The position numbers and the translations under genes are program-made. The notes under the pieces were generated by a model that was not told the origin of the DNA, did not search any database, and saw nothing but the letters and a program-made list of their open reading frames with translations. Shown here piece after piece: positions 27,594-41,349 of a stretch of DNA of 64,000 bases. Source of the DNA: Laetmonice hystrix (taxonomy: Eukaryota); assembly GCA_965235115.1 (NCBI GenBank), contig OZ249436.1, positions 33,232,001 through 33,296,000 of the forward strand, in the 5' to 3' direction. Position 1 is the first letter of the stretch. Each line of letters starts with the position of its first letter.

Positions 27594-29199
27594 CTAAAAC
27601 GGCAAAAATATCTTCTCCAAAGATTTATTTGAAGGAGCCATCCCAACGAGGTTGTGAGCAGGTGTAGTGAGATTAGAGAAGGTGTAATCTAACGGTGAGT
27701 GAGGCCCCCCTCGGCGCCCCCCCCCCCCCAGCCTGCACCCCTCGGCGGGCCAGCTCGTCCAGGTGGACCCTGTCTCACACGGCCAGCGGCCATCAGACCT
27801 CCTGTGTTGTGCCAAGAAGCTGTCACCTCCCCACCAACCGCCACCGATCAGTCGCCGTGTTCCACGTTAACAGACAGTTTGCACCAGATACTACTCCCTG
27901 GTCGCACCAACCTTTTAAAGGCTGCCACACGGCAAGCTACAGATTTGAGGAGGAGGAGAAGGGGGTTGTCTTGCCGGGCCGGCCTGACCCAGCTGTTGTT
28001 CCCTAATACACAACACTCCATCCCCCTTTGGCCACAATGAATGCCCATCAATCATTGCTGGGGTTAACTTTGACAGAAAAATAGTATACATTTTCTGAGC
28101 AATAGTGGGAGCGTGTAAACAATAATGATGGTAAGTGCCACATTGAGACTTCTATCATCATGATTGTTAACATATAATCATTTCCACTCACGATAGATAA
28201 TCGGTTCTCATACAGTAAATATTACATCAAGACCTTCTTCTTTCATCTGGAACCACTGTTGTCTCCGTAAAACTTATTGAGTCTGAAAAGTGAATTCATA
28301 TCACCACAATGATCTGACAATGTGTCAACTCACTCTCTCCATCCTCCAGGCACTCCAGCCCACCTTGAAAAGCGGTCTTTATTCAACTATGTTAAAAATA
28401 AGTTACACTTGGCAGGCCTGTATTAACTCTATTATATCCACACCTTACGTGCTGACAAAACATTATTTTCATACACCCCATATGTCATCTACACTGGGTG
28501 ATGACGTCACTGAAGCCATTTACCAGAGTTTGGAAACAAAACAAAGACTTTCATTCGTCCTTATCACTACCGCGAACTACTTCCGGTATAGTACGTTGGT
28601 CAACTATGATAGTTGAGATAATTAGAGAGGAGATAATTAAGTTGTGGAATGGGGCTAATTACTGGTATGACCACCATTTCTGGCAGTAATTATTGTTTTC
28701 ATTTAATCAATTGCTGTTTGGCTGCGTTGAAGCTGATTCCATGAAATGCCCGCGCCTCGCTTGCCTCATGATCCCTCCTTCGACATTTTCAGTCCTTCTA
28801 CAAGTTCTAGTAAATTCACTCCACCTAATCAAGATCCTTCTCCCATTTACAACGTACCTTTAACCAGAGAAGCTGACCACCTCATTGGAAGTGGCCAGTA
28901 TACAACACATTCCCTCGTCAACACTTTATACATAAAAGTCCACCAATGCCCCGTGGCCTTTTTTTCAGTGCTGTCAGAGGTGCCTGGAAGGTGCCAGCTA
29001 TATGACAAACACTACACACTGTTTTCACCCAAAGCATCTATCTGAACTGTCAAGAGGATCGGCACTGGTATATAGTTATGAACTCCATTGTATCCCAACA
29101 CAGCCTCATCAACATCCGGCATACAGGTGCCCCACAATAGGTGAGATGCCTGCAAGCACTGGTCACTTAATGGTCACTAGATATACACCTCTGTCCATT

Positions 29200-29600
29200 G
29201 TCTCTGGTGTGCGTGGTCAGCTGATCGACATGACGAGGTCAACAGGTGCCTAGGGGGGTAAGTGACGCGAACCAGTCGAGACCCCATCACCATCCTCTAT
29301 AGTGGTTCTACAGTTCATTCCTTTCATTGTCCATTGGCAGGTTCAGGTGCCCTATTAAATAACAGCACTGCTCGCGAACTATCGGACAAACAATCGCGAC
29401 TTTTACAGGGAAATCCACACAGGGATCTCTTGCTGCTATCAGGTATCTCATGGTCAATATTTTAGGTTGGGTAGAGGAGTTCAAGACTGTCCCACTCAAT
29501 CCCCTGGTGGTCGTAAAACCTGCCATGTACATACCCAGAGATGGAATTATCTGCAACACGGAGTTTGAGGGATAGATTTTCAATACGCTTAAATAGGTAT
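29200..29600 (-). mobile_element. Possible decayed APE endonuclease fragment of a non-LTR element
   Basis: CCYLIGHLNLPMD resembles the GDFN motif; downstream THTRDNG..CI resembles the TxxxxxSRID region. Confidence 0.3.
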
Positions 29601-31339
29601 TTGTACTTGATATATTTCAGTAGGCCTCAGATTGCCCTGAACCCCGACTCCCCAACCTGGCGAGTGGCCATCCTGTCATATTTTGCTGTCACCTCTCCCA
29701 GTATAGTCCCCCCGACCCCCCCCCCCCCCACTCCACCCCCTTGCCATCCCTCTGGACCCTGGCCACCTCTGCCTCCGTCGTCCCTCACCACTCCCCGCCC
29801 TGTCGGCCCAGTGCCTCCCCCCCCCGGCACCCACAACAGCTAACCGGCCCGACCACCGGAGCAGGTGCTCGGCTTGTTTTGGTGGTGACTTTACATGTTC
29901 CGGGATCTAGCCGTTATACTACATCCACCTTTGATAAATGTGCCGGATATTTCGGGGAGGTGCCTTCCATCTTAATTATAACAGTGTGGTTAAAACAAGA
30001 CAGGTTCGCCTAGATCATAGTTTTATACATTAATCCTAAAATACAGGTACCGTTATAACATAAAGGTATACCACAAGTACAGCCAGACGGTGTATAATCC
30101 TGTTATGTCCTTGTTTATCGCGTATATGTGGACATGTACCACACCATACTGTCCCAGTATCGATAACACTTTCATTCTTCGCAATTCTTGGCTTGTATAA
30201 TTCATTAAATGTACTTCTACTGAAAGTCACACCCCTCGGAGCTGGTTACTGAATTGTGGTTCTGTCCATTAGATTAAGTTTAAGAATTTGAATTAATAAG
30301 GTTCTAATGGTCTCAGTTCAACTTGCATGTGATTAGGAAGAGACGTGGTAGTTTACCTACGTCCACCTTTGAATGGATTGTGGATGTTTGGCTCCTTGCA
30401 TCCCTCCTCTGACCTCCGAGTTGATATACGAGTGATTCGAACATCACTTAATGTCAAGTACACACAGATATGGAATATGAATCACTCGGACACTGACAGC
30501 CACAGTGTTAACTGCATGCCAATCATACCACAAGGAACAAAATGTACATCATCTACTTCTCCAAAATAATGTATGGTGAAGTCGGGAAAATATATCCCGC
30601 CATCTTTTGGTTTTGTGAAATATGGCGCTTATACATGAAAATGTGTGATCGCTTGGGATATTACACTATGTCGACAACACCGTACACTACTGCATGCTGG
30701 AAGGCATCCAAGTGATCGCCTCGAGTCTTAAACCCTTCATCCCCGGCATAAATACCTTGCTATCAACCAGCACTAACCGACAATTAACCTCACAACAATT
30801 AGTGCGAAAATTCTGATTAATCACTTTGACACTGCCATCAATGCCAATCCATTGCGTTTGACCTTTGAGTATTAATGAGGTCACATTGTAAAGTCGTTCA
30901 ATCGGTTCGCCCTCACTGCCCGGGTCTGTGTCCGTACCGTCTTGTCACACTTATCCCGGACTTGTCATCAGTACGTCAGACAGGTACGACACTCACACCA
31001 CTGGGTGTCTGGATAAAAACGGTACCGTTATGTAGATATTATATTATGACAAATGCTTATATTCTCTTGACTTTGACACCTTTGCTTCCTTTTCTATGCC
31101 ACTCACACGATCCCCGCCAGACCAGAAAACCGCCTGAGTCTACAATTATTGCTAATAACTCGACGTACTACAATTGAAGCATTGAACACAAAGCCCTATG
31201 AATTATGTATCATGTGAACTTTAACACCGACACTATGAAATTGTAATCTGAAACAAGGCTGCCTGTTAATGGACACAAGGATCACCTGAAGGCTTCATGG
31301 GTCCTGACATTGTTTCCACATAGGACACTGAAATCCTAC

Positions 31340-31720
31340 TCATTTGGCAAGCAGGTCACAATGTCAAAAGGGTTGGAGGGCAGAATATGTAAGGATAAGC
31401 AGCGTTTGGATCCTGGAGGCAAAGTTTGATCTGCTCGGATCAGAGAGTGACCAGAGACGACGGCGCCAGGGCGGACACGAAGAGTTGACATCTTCCCGCA
31501 TTGTTGGCCCCTTCCATCACCGCCAAGTGTTCTAGGCCCACCTGACCAGCCTACATCATGTAGCGGTTCACCTAGGAGACTTGAGACATGATGGTCAGTC
31601 AAAGGCTCCGGCCACCACGGCACCAGCGGATGTCTCGGCCGGACTCTCTCAGCCACCAGTCACGTCAAGGTCACCTCAATGTCAGCAGACTGGAGCCAGT
31701 CTCTGACCTTGAGCGACGAC
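31340..31720 (-). mobile_element. Possible decayed CR1/L2 ORF1 SGNH-esterase fragment
   Basis: DIRWCRGG ... QVGLEHLAVMEGANNAGR resembles the CxPGA...VVVHVGTNDxGR blocks of CR1/L2 ORF1 esterases. Multiple stops. Confidence 0.3.
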
Positions 31721-32069
31721 TAGTTTATCTAATTCCAAACAAAACTTGGTCATGTTAAAGTCTTTTCCCCCTTTTTTCATGCTTTCTTTATCTGCTGCGC
31801 CAATGTAACATTAAAGCACCTATCTATACAATTCATGCAATCATGCCTACAGGCTTGAATCGCTTTTGAAACAGAACCGAAATAATAACCTTCTTACACA
31901 TAATATGCGCATTGTTGCGGTACTTCACATTGTTCCGTTTATTTCAATAAATGACCCTGAAGACTTTGGGAAGGTCTTCACATTCATTACATGAATATCA
32001 AGTTGGTTTAAATAAATACCTGCTACTCAGACAAAAACAGGGCCTACGTCATCTTAATTAACCCTCTGG

Positions 32070-33600
32070 TTAGCATCTTTTCTCGAACCCCTTTGAGGCG
32101 TTTTTTGGTGTTCTACCTTCGAGTACTTCAAAGCACTTCGGCCTCACTTGAGTATTGCACAGGTTTGAACAGACAAACTTTGCTTCATGACGAATCATGA
32201 AGCCATGGTCTGCATGCCTTACATTAAACATCAAAGATATCACTTTAAACATCCTCTTCTTTTTATCCGGGGTTGAAAAAGTGAACTGCTCACAAACGCC
32301 TTTGTTTCTGGGTGAAAGCACAGAAAGGTCCTTTCAGCAGGACTCGGAACCCCTCTGTTCACTGAGGGCATGCAGCAGCAATGAGGGACATTATAGAGGC
32401 ACGATGACAGATTGAATGCTGTCTCCGGATGGTTTCTGGCGGACGGAGAAAACAAGCTGTTATGTAGACAGAGAGAACATGTGATGACTGTGGGCATCTC
32501 AAGCAATACACACTACCCGGGCCCAACATAAACACTCCGCCTTGGTGGTATTGTCACAGACCTGCTGCGATGACGCCTGCCACTTTCACCACGCGGCGCC
32601 CATAGCGGGCAAAAATAACGGCCCAGAGCATTTTATACAGCGCTCAGCCTCTAAAGACAATACACGATGGGTCCAGATCAAGTACCACGGGCAGGGGAAT
32701 CCTGATAGCATCTACCAAAACATGGCTTTTTCTAGGAGGCTGCGCAGATTCGAGAACTGGGGGGGGGGGGGGGGTTACAACTTAGTACAAGGAAATCCTT
32801 CTTGTAGTCCTATGCATAACTTGACTCTTGCTTGGGGGGGGGGGGGGGGGATAAAGGAGAATAGCACGAAAATCTGGAAGTCCGATTCAAGTATTAAGGC
32901 AAACACATTTTTTTAAACCATTACTCTCAAATCTTCTTATGGAGAATAAGGAGTTGCTATTCTTTGTCAACAGCTTCTAATTAAGCAGGAATATACTTTA
33001 TGTACATATCTCTCTCTCTCAAAAAGAATTAATCATTAATTAACGAATGTGGTTTTTCATCAGGCATGTTTTGATTTACTCTTTAATCATATCCCAAATC
33101 CCAAGTTGATTGATAGGGCCTTATTTTTGTTCAATCCCTGGAATAAAGCAATACATACAGTATACATATACTATACGTCTGAAGTCTGGTTTCATGAGTC
33201 CAGGGTAGGGATGAACCCAGCAACACAACACTCTAACATGCGTTGTGCTGTTGAACCAGTCCCGCGGCGGGGTCTCTTCCACCCGCCCAAAATAAACAGC
33301 CTCATTTCACCACACACATGCCTCCCAGAACGTATCCCCAATGTGCCAAGCTCTTCCGTGGCCAATGCCACATGTGCAATGCGACATGGCCCCAGAAGTT
33401 GCACTAGTGTTTCTGTATTTTCTTGGATAATAAACAGACATGAGGTTCGTTTATAAACATCTCTCGAGGCTTTCATTTGGTGTACTGATAAATCAGAGAG
33501 AGTAATGGGGCTAGATGATTATAGTATTTTCACAAAGTTTGGAGAACGCACCAACTTCCTCAGCAGTAACCCATGGCACTTGTTCTTGGCCTCTGCAGAG
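32070..33600 (-). mobile_element. Decayed L1/Tx1-like fragments (C-terminal zinc-knuckle region at 33100-33600; endonuclease-like piece at 32070-32500)
   Basis: KASRDVYKRTSCLFII...CNFWGHVALHMWHWP...HW resembles the L1 C-terminus. FTFS...ADHG resembles the end of APE. G-homopolymers lie between the pieces. Confidence 0.35.
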
Positions 33601-35606
33601 GAAATGTCTATGGAAAGCAATCGGTGAACAAAGCACCTTATTGGAAATCCGCTGATTTACAGCGATTGGGCAATTCGGCATTACAGGCGATTGTGTTTGT
33701 ACAAGATGATGATGTGATAGTGTCCGCTGTGGGTCGACTTAAGCCAGGTTGGTTCCCTCAGGCATGATTACTTTAACTTGACCATGATTACGAAGCTCCG
33801 CCGGTCTGGGTGGTCAGTGCCGTTCACCCGGTGCCAGAGGGCCAATTGCGCAGCAGTGCCGCTCTGTGCTCAGTGATCTTGGCTACTCAGGCAAACAACA
33901 CAAACAGCTTACCTTTGAACCTGCCGAGTAATGCCCCGGCAAATCCCCACTTTAACTACTGTCTTGTAGAACAAGCTTGGCGATTCATTAAACGAAAGAC
34001 TGGAGAGCCATGAACAGTTACTGTAGTCAACAGAGACAGTTCTATCAGAAAATGACAAAAATGCAGGGAATCTCTTGTTTTCTTCCTTCAACCATTTCGT
34101 TTTGATACGTATTTTACCTACCAATATCCTTCTAAATAGATTAATTAAAAATTAGACAACTACTAAAACCGATCCCATGTTAAAATTTGCTGTTGTTTAG
34201 AGTGAGGATGGGCGGTGTTTCTGTGTACCATTTTACCGGTTCAAGTCAAGTTGCCCCAATTTGACCCACTTACCCGGATAGGTCCCTCACGAGCTGTGTT
34301 TGTCTGGACAATTGGCGTACATAGAACACCTCCCAGTCATATTGACACATGCATATACATGTGTTTTCCCTTCCTGTTGCAATGCTCCGGAATACACTGT
34401 CCGTCCAGCTTCTCTGCATACAATTCCCTGCTGTCAAAACATTGGATTGTTACGGTTCTACGGTACCAATATTTAACCTCCATGAACATTTCAATGGCTG
34501 ACATCTGCACAAAAGGCAAGGACTTTTAAGCCCGCAGTTCAGGATTCGATTCGACTTTTTGTGCATCACTTTACGCATAGTAACTGTTCAGCACTACAAC
34601 ACGTACCTGGAATCAAGGTACAGTTTCTGGCAACGATACGGATGACAGTGGTAAACATTAACAAAGCGTGTGACTTTCTGCTCAACTTATTTATTGTAAA
34701 ATGTGTGATACCACAAATTAGTTACCCCAGTTTTCCACTGACCCACACAGCGGCCCCCATTCGCGACCCCTCTCCCACCCCTTTCTTACCCCCACCCCGG
34801 TTACCTGTCCATCCGAAGTTATTCACCCCACCTGCTGGAGCTGCCCCCCACCCCCACCCTCTCCCCACCCCCCAATGTTCGGCTCCCACGTGTAGAGTAT
34901 GCTAATCGGAACAGATTGCGGTACTTTTATGGCTGATCATCCCTCAATTGTAACGGTCGTTTGTGAGGAGCCGTAGTTCAAAGTCGGGTTGACAAATCCT
35001 CGGCTAATATGTTTCTGAAGGTACTTCAGACGTTCAGTCAACACAAACAAGGCTGTAGAGTCGACATCGTGTGCATTCTAATCCTCCGTGTAAACGAACC
35101 ACTGCCACGCACCTTCCACTCTTCAACAAGCCTAGGCCTCTCGAGCTTTCCTTTCAATACGTTGTGGGTTGACCTCATGAGATATCGCTCCGCTCCCTTC
35201 TCCTCTTCATATTGTCATGTCCGGGCCATAAAAGACTTAAGTGGAGGACTTCTTCTCGATTGCCGGTGATAAAATAATTCTGTGAGTTACTGTACTTTAC
35301 AGGACATTTTGTAAATATATCGCAAACACTGAGACTTAAATGTTCCTCTTCAATAGCTGCAGTCCGAAAGCACATTGACTCTCTGCACTAAACCTGAACG
35401 AAATGAGTCACAGAGTGACTTCTTTAAGGGCGTGGGAGGGGGTCACCATCAATCACCCCCAATCTAGGCCACAGATCGTCACAGGTATCTCTCGGATATC
35501 CGGAGCAAGTTACTCTTTTTCATTCGCCTGCCTTTTCGTCGGTATTTTCGTCTACTGGAAGCCAGAAATCTCATGCTTAAAACCTTTTAAAAATATTTGG
35601 GGGGAA

Positions 35607-35651
35607 AATCCGTCAATCCGTCAATCCGTCAATCCGAAAATCCGTCAATCC
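35607..35651. repeat. (AATCCGTC)n short tandem repeat
   Basis: About 5.5 units, one variant AATCCGAA. Confidence 0.9.
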
Positions 35652-37879
35652 ATGGTTGGTTTGGCACGAATGACTAAAACGTCTAATGTCTTGACTGGGG
35701 ACAAACCATTACTCCAATTCAATTATCCCTGGATGTCCAGAGATTCATACGGCCTTTACCGTCCACAGGTCTGTAAGCCATTTATTGCCTCACTTGTTGA
35801 AGGCAATGGTGGCCACTTATCAGGGTTTTATAATGGTACAACAATGAGCGTTTCAGCAGGCAACCAATTATCACCAAGTTGTGCTCTTTGTCCCAACTTT
35901 ATAACCCATACCGTTCTGCCAGATCCGTAATGACATGTAGGAGTACAGAGCTACAAAGATCATCTCGGCCTACATGAACACAGCGTGAAACTGTTGGAGG
36001 AAGGAGCTGTCTCAGCCGTGCTGACTCCAGCAACATCCAGGTCATTTTGTTATTAAACTCCGCTGGGTAAAATCTAAGTGATGTAGGCTAGAATTCTGCC
36101 AGAGGAAACAGAAAACACAACAAGCAGCAAATACCAAGTGTAATTGTGTTTATCTAGACTGCTGGCACGTTATAACTTTTACCGCCCACAATCTGTACAC
36201 CAGAGCAGCAATCACCAGGCCATGTTTCCGAAGAACTAGTCAACACCTAAATGGGGCCACGGTCAAAAAGTGTCTCTCTTGGGCATGGCGAAGGACCTCG
36301 GTACGGCTTTGAGACATGCCCCAGTAGGCAGCTGATCAGCTTACAATTACAGGGGAAAACCAACAACGTGCTATCTGCCTCCCAAGTTTAGCTTCCGGCA
36401 CTTGACGTTAAAACCCTAGGAAATCGCTGTAACTCTACATGTGCAAACGGATCAACATTATCAAAGCCTGGCCTCGGGGCATTTCCCCCAGTCCTGACAT
36501 TTCTAAGCTGCAGAAACATCACCCACTGATAAATGACACAGGGACGGAAGGCCATACCCTGTTCATTTTTCTCTTCAGAGAATGTCTGCGGGCCGGCAAG
36601 TATCTTTAATTCACATTAATGTCACTGCCGAAACCAACCAATAACAACGGCTAGCTTGTAGGACTTTGATTGTAGAAAAACCTATTTATAAGTATTATGC
36701 TATTTTCTAATATTTGGATAAACTGTCAAAAACACATACTCGAAATTATGGAAATCTCGTTGATAGTATGATGATGAACTGATAATCTTTCAGATGATCA
36801 ATCAATACCTATTAATATAACGAACTTTGTAGCTTCTGAAAGTATGAAGAAGTTCAAAAGTTGAGATTTGTACGGGTGTATGCGGATTACTCTTATATAG
36901 CAGGTCAAGAACTTAACCCATTGAATCACCTTTTGTATCTCTCTCCATCTAAAGTCTAGTTTGTTCATGGTCATACAGTGTTTGTGACCATAGGTCATTA
37001 GAATACAAAAAGACTTGTTATCTGAGTTTCTATTGTCATATGAACAATGTCGTAAACTACTTGCACTGGAATGCTAATGGCATCCTACTGATGTGTCAAG
37101 ACGTTGGCAGAATGCTCTTAATACGACTCCTAATACGAGTAATATACGCCCACCTGTTTAATGAATACATTGCGTTTTTCACACGTACTGAAATAATCCC
37201 ATGACTTACCAAACTGATCTTTTAAAGTGTATTTAGTGTTCGATAAAGTGTATCGTGTTCGCTCAGCCGGACTTGGCCTAACCAGCCACCCGATCACAAA
37301 CCCTGCTGGGCCTCTATGCTGGCCGCTGGTAAGGGGAGGGACTTGGGCAGTCTCATGCTGACAGCAGCGGAGGAGATCTTTCCACGCCGTTCCTTCCACA
37401 GCCTTTCAGACCATCTCCAACCTACCACAGGCTGGGCAGTCCTGCTGCCTGCTGGACACGATGGAATGTCCCATATATACCGAGTAATAACAGACATCTC
37501 TACTTTACTTGAAATACGAACATTAGGTCAGTTACTCAATTGTTGTCCATCGACAAATTGCAGTTCCTTACAGTAGCCTTACAATAGAGTTTCCGTTGCA
37601 TGGCTTGAGAAACTTGTACCTTTGACAAGGACAACACTCTAACTCCACCTGTCCGTTTCACTTTACTTAATACTTTAGCTCACTATGTTTTCAATGTAAC
37701 CTGCGTGTCCTGTTACCAATGTTTGGCAGATCTCGGTACCGCTGGCAAATATTCCACTTTCCCTCCATTAAGACTTCGTTAAAATACTGTTTGAAGACTT
37801 TTACCTCTCTTGCCCGCAGGTTTAGGGTCACCTGGCCAAAAAGCTCATCAGTCATTTCATGCTAAAGTCTGAATACCTC

Positions 37880-39420
37880 ATCATCTCTAGAGCCTGCCAC
37901 TAGAGTGAAGTGACCCACCTTGAACCCCCTGCAGTCTGGCTCTATTAAAAGTCCAATCCCCCTCAAAATGGCCGAGGTATCCACCCTGCTGTCCATGTGC
38001 TAAACTAGTCAAAGTTCCCCAAGCTATCCCATTCGTGGCCAAGTTTTCATTTTTCATGACATGGGCTGTTGGGTCAGTACAAATATTGCCTTGCATCCAA
38101 TACAATGTATCGCCGACACCCCCAGGCCGTTTGGTAGGGGACAGACGGGTGAAATTGGGGTGGGTGTATTGAAAGTAGGCCAAATGGAGGAAGCCTGGCT
38201 TTTAGGCTTCACTCCCCGCCCTATCCTTCCTTGCTGGTCTGAATACCAATTTTGTTTAAAAAGTAACCCAGTATCTTCTTTTCCGAAGTTAGTGGCCCTG
38301 GTTGTGCTGATGATACACACCTGCCTCGGACTTGGAGACCAAGTTAGGCGGTCGGCTTGATACAGGCCAAGACGTCAATACATGTCTCACAAACTTCATC
38401 CTATACTGAATAAACTTTGGTTTGGACGGCAAATCTGAGGTAACACTGCCTTCTCCTGATCTAAGAAGAATGTATGAATCTAGGCGCTGCACTGGAAGCC
38501 TTCCTCCTACTGACATCGTCATAGCTCAGACCATCCGCTCATTCTGCGTTTGACAAACACTGAAAATTCAGCACAGATTGCGGTCCCACCTAATGAAGTA
38601 TCATAATCATGTCCGATTTTTCCTACGTTTTTTTTCCGATTAGCTCTCTCCTCTGCATGCCAACACAGCCCGAGTATGAGAACTTTAGGTGATGGCCGGG
38701 TATTTTCTCATGAGCTCCCTGCTGTTGGTGCCTCCACCACCAGGTAAAGTAAACCCCCAGATCTTGTAGCGAGCCCCACCCTGAGGCCCACCGAGAGAGG
38801 TGGGTCCACACACACCCTGACACAATGAGCTCCATCGACCTGTGGGGGGCCAGCGTCCAGCAATATTCAGTTGTGGAGCTCTATCACCGGTTGGAAACAT
38901 TCCCCACTTACTGGCTATATCACGGGTTGGAAACATTCCCACTTTCTGGCTATATCACGGGTTGGAAACATTCCCCACTTACTGGCTATATCACGGGTTG
39001 GAAACATTCCCCACTTACTGGCTATATCACGGGTTGGAAACATTCCCCACTTACTGGCTATATCACGGGTTGGAAACATTCCCCACTTACTGGCTATATC
39101 ACGGGTTGAAAACATTCCCCACTTACTGGCTCTATCACGGGTTGGAAACATTCCCCACTTACTGGCTATATCACGGGTTGGAAACATTCCCCACTTACTG
39201 GCTATATCACGGGTTGGAAACATTCCCCACTTACTGGCTATATCACGGGTTGGAAACATTCCCCACTTACTGGCAGTGGCTGGTAAAAGGTCCCCAGCCT
39301 CCGTGCACAGATGTAAGAGAAATTTACTGGACAGAGATACATGTACAGACCCACTGTCTTCAAACTTAAGTCAAGATTTCTGGGGACGCTAAACTGCTAT
39401 CCGATCACAAATCTAGGGCC
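37880..39420 (-). mobile_element. Decayed L1/Tx1-like RT remnant interrupted by a 36-bp array
   Basis: WVCTCI..SVHGGWGPF (WIxxLY..SVxxNG-like), GGLLYL (DDxLLYL-like position), YRMKFVRHVLTSWP and CPLPNGLGV (PxxxGGLG-like). Confidence 0.4.
38889..39274. repeat. 36-bp minisatellite, 10 full units + 1 partial (GGTTGGAAACATTCCCCACTTACTGGCTATATCACG)
   Basis: Head-to-tail units starting at 38889, 38925 (35-bp variant), 38960 ... 39248. No spacers. Confidence 0.97.
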
Positions 39421-41349
39421 AAGTAAGTATATAAAATGGTAAGATCTCCGTTGAAGTTCTGCCTCTATATTTAGCATGATTGTCGGGATGGTTTCAAACT
39501 GCTGGACCGATTTAATGCTACCAGGCTTTCTGTCGCTGATGGAGATTCCCCCCAAAAGTCAGTTACTTGTACCCCTCCCCCCCAAAAAAGTTTTCTGTTT
39601 GTATTACCCCGTAGCTATACCCCAAAGTCGACCCTCCCACAAAAGCCGAAATCTTCTCGGAATCCCTGACTACACACTAACTTTGCATTTTAATACCTTT
39701 TCCTAACTTGGGCAGAAATCCAACTGTTTAATACATTTGATTTGGCCATTCTTGTCAACGGATCTGGTAAACATATCTGAAGGATCTATCTTACACTATA
39801 TGATCTCACTCTTTTGTATTCATCCTTTGCATCTGCAATGACAATGCCTCGTATTCTTTCCTTCATCTTTTTTATATGTGCGAAAGTATTACTGGGATTA
39901 TGGATCTTTGATCATATATCTCACCCCTTTCTTAGCACCCCCTATAAGCTACCCTCACCCAGGGTTACTTTCTGACAGTCTGCCTAGTGCCAGTTCACTC
40001 ACAAAGCAAACATTTACAGAGTGAATGCACCACAACAAATAACCTATGGCCCCTAAATCATCATTCCACCATAGCGGGGTCGGCCTGGCACATGTGGAAA
40101 GACTATCCTAGTGACATCGTCGGCCATTTACGCAAACACCTGCAATTGTGCCGACCATTTTGTGTTCAATGGGGAAAAAAGCTCGCTGACTCTACATAAG
40201 GGATTGCAAGCTCCGATCCTTCCAGACTACAGTCCTTTGATCCTTCAATGGCGAGCTTTAGCGAGTCTAAGTAAACTACACAATGTTTGTTGGGCACATA
40301 CAAAGAGAATGAGACAGGCTTATTGGATTATTCCCACTTAAATCTTCTTCTTCTTTTTTTTTGCTCAGCTTTTTAACTTCTTTATTTTGTTACCTCTTTA
40401 GAAATGGATTCCGATGCAGCCACTTTCAGGCTGATAACGGCACTATATCGGTGGCCAGGTTCGTGATCGGTTACCATTGACAATCTGACACTGTCACTGA
40501 CTGTAGGACCTGCTTGGACTCTATGAACTGACGACTTCTGAAGTCAAAGCTTTCTTACATCCTTTCTTGTCTAATATATTTGGTATATCATACGTCTTGC
40601 ATTATCAGAAGGCATTATAAATCATGGTCAAAACAAAAAAGAAAGAAAAATATAGCAGGCATACTACTTGAATCTCTTACGTCCTTCAGGCGGTCACATA
40701 AATCAAGATTCTGTCATCTTTACGTAAAAATCAATATGCCAGATGGCCATAGCTCCAGATCGCGAATCATTCCCGACTCAAACCATAGCACCACTCCAAA
40801 GTAAATGGAAACTATCTTTGAAAATATCTGAAATACCGGTGCTTTTGCACCACCCTGAAGTTCCTCCTCCTGATCATTCAACATGATTCAACCAACACCT
40901 TCACATGAGGAGGGATAAAAAAAACCCACAATGTTGAGAAAGCATTAGATCACTGCAGACAGTTTTATTCCTAGAAGCCTGCCAGAATCTTATTCCTTGA
41001 ATTATTCAAACTATATTTCACCGAGCATGGCAATCACAGCTGTCGTCCACAGCATTTAAAGTCATTTATTGTGCATTAGCAGCCTTGTCGAACCACTGAG
41101 TCGGTAATAAGAAACACCCCTCCACCGGGGAGCGTGTCTCTCACAGCAGTCTGCTGTAGTTTTTAGTCAGCGGGGTGCATGGGTATAAGGGGGCGGGGGT
41201 ATAACCGTGGGGGTTCCTGGCTTTACCCCACCCCCTCTGCACTCCAGGTCTAACCCTGTAGAGTATTATAAAAGCTATGGGCTGGAATTGGGCCGATCAC
41301 AGGGCCTGTTTAACCATCTGGGGACTCCTGGTTCTACCGTGGGGCAGAG

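Noticed and set aside
33912-34050. Exon ending at the strong donor AAG|GTAAGC
   Set aside because: Open only as phase 2-2, so it cannot follow exon 1 directly; no recognisable protein; left unassigned.
37210-37325. 116-nt exon candidate with good acceptor and donor
   Set aside because: Only the phase 2 to 1 frame is open and no partner exon was found; it overlaps probable retroelement debris.
38889-39274. CRISPR array (36-bp repeat length)
   Set aside because: Units are head-to-tail with no unique spacers, no cas genes are present and the context is eukaryotic.
39270-39330. TSP1-domain exon (VHGGWGPFTSHC) ending at a GTAAGT donor
   Set aside because: There is no acceptor in that frame and stops flank it; it fits better as part of the surrounding L1-like RT remnant.
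38842-39392. 173-175-aa ORFs and the 114-aa antisense ORF
   Set aside because: They arise from a stop-free 36-bp unit read in several frames on both strands; there is no splice or start context.
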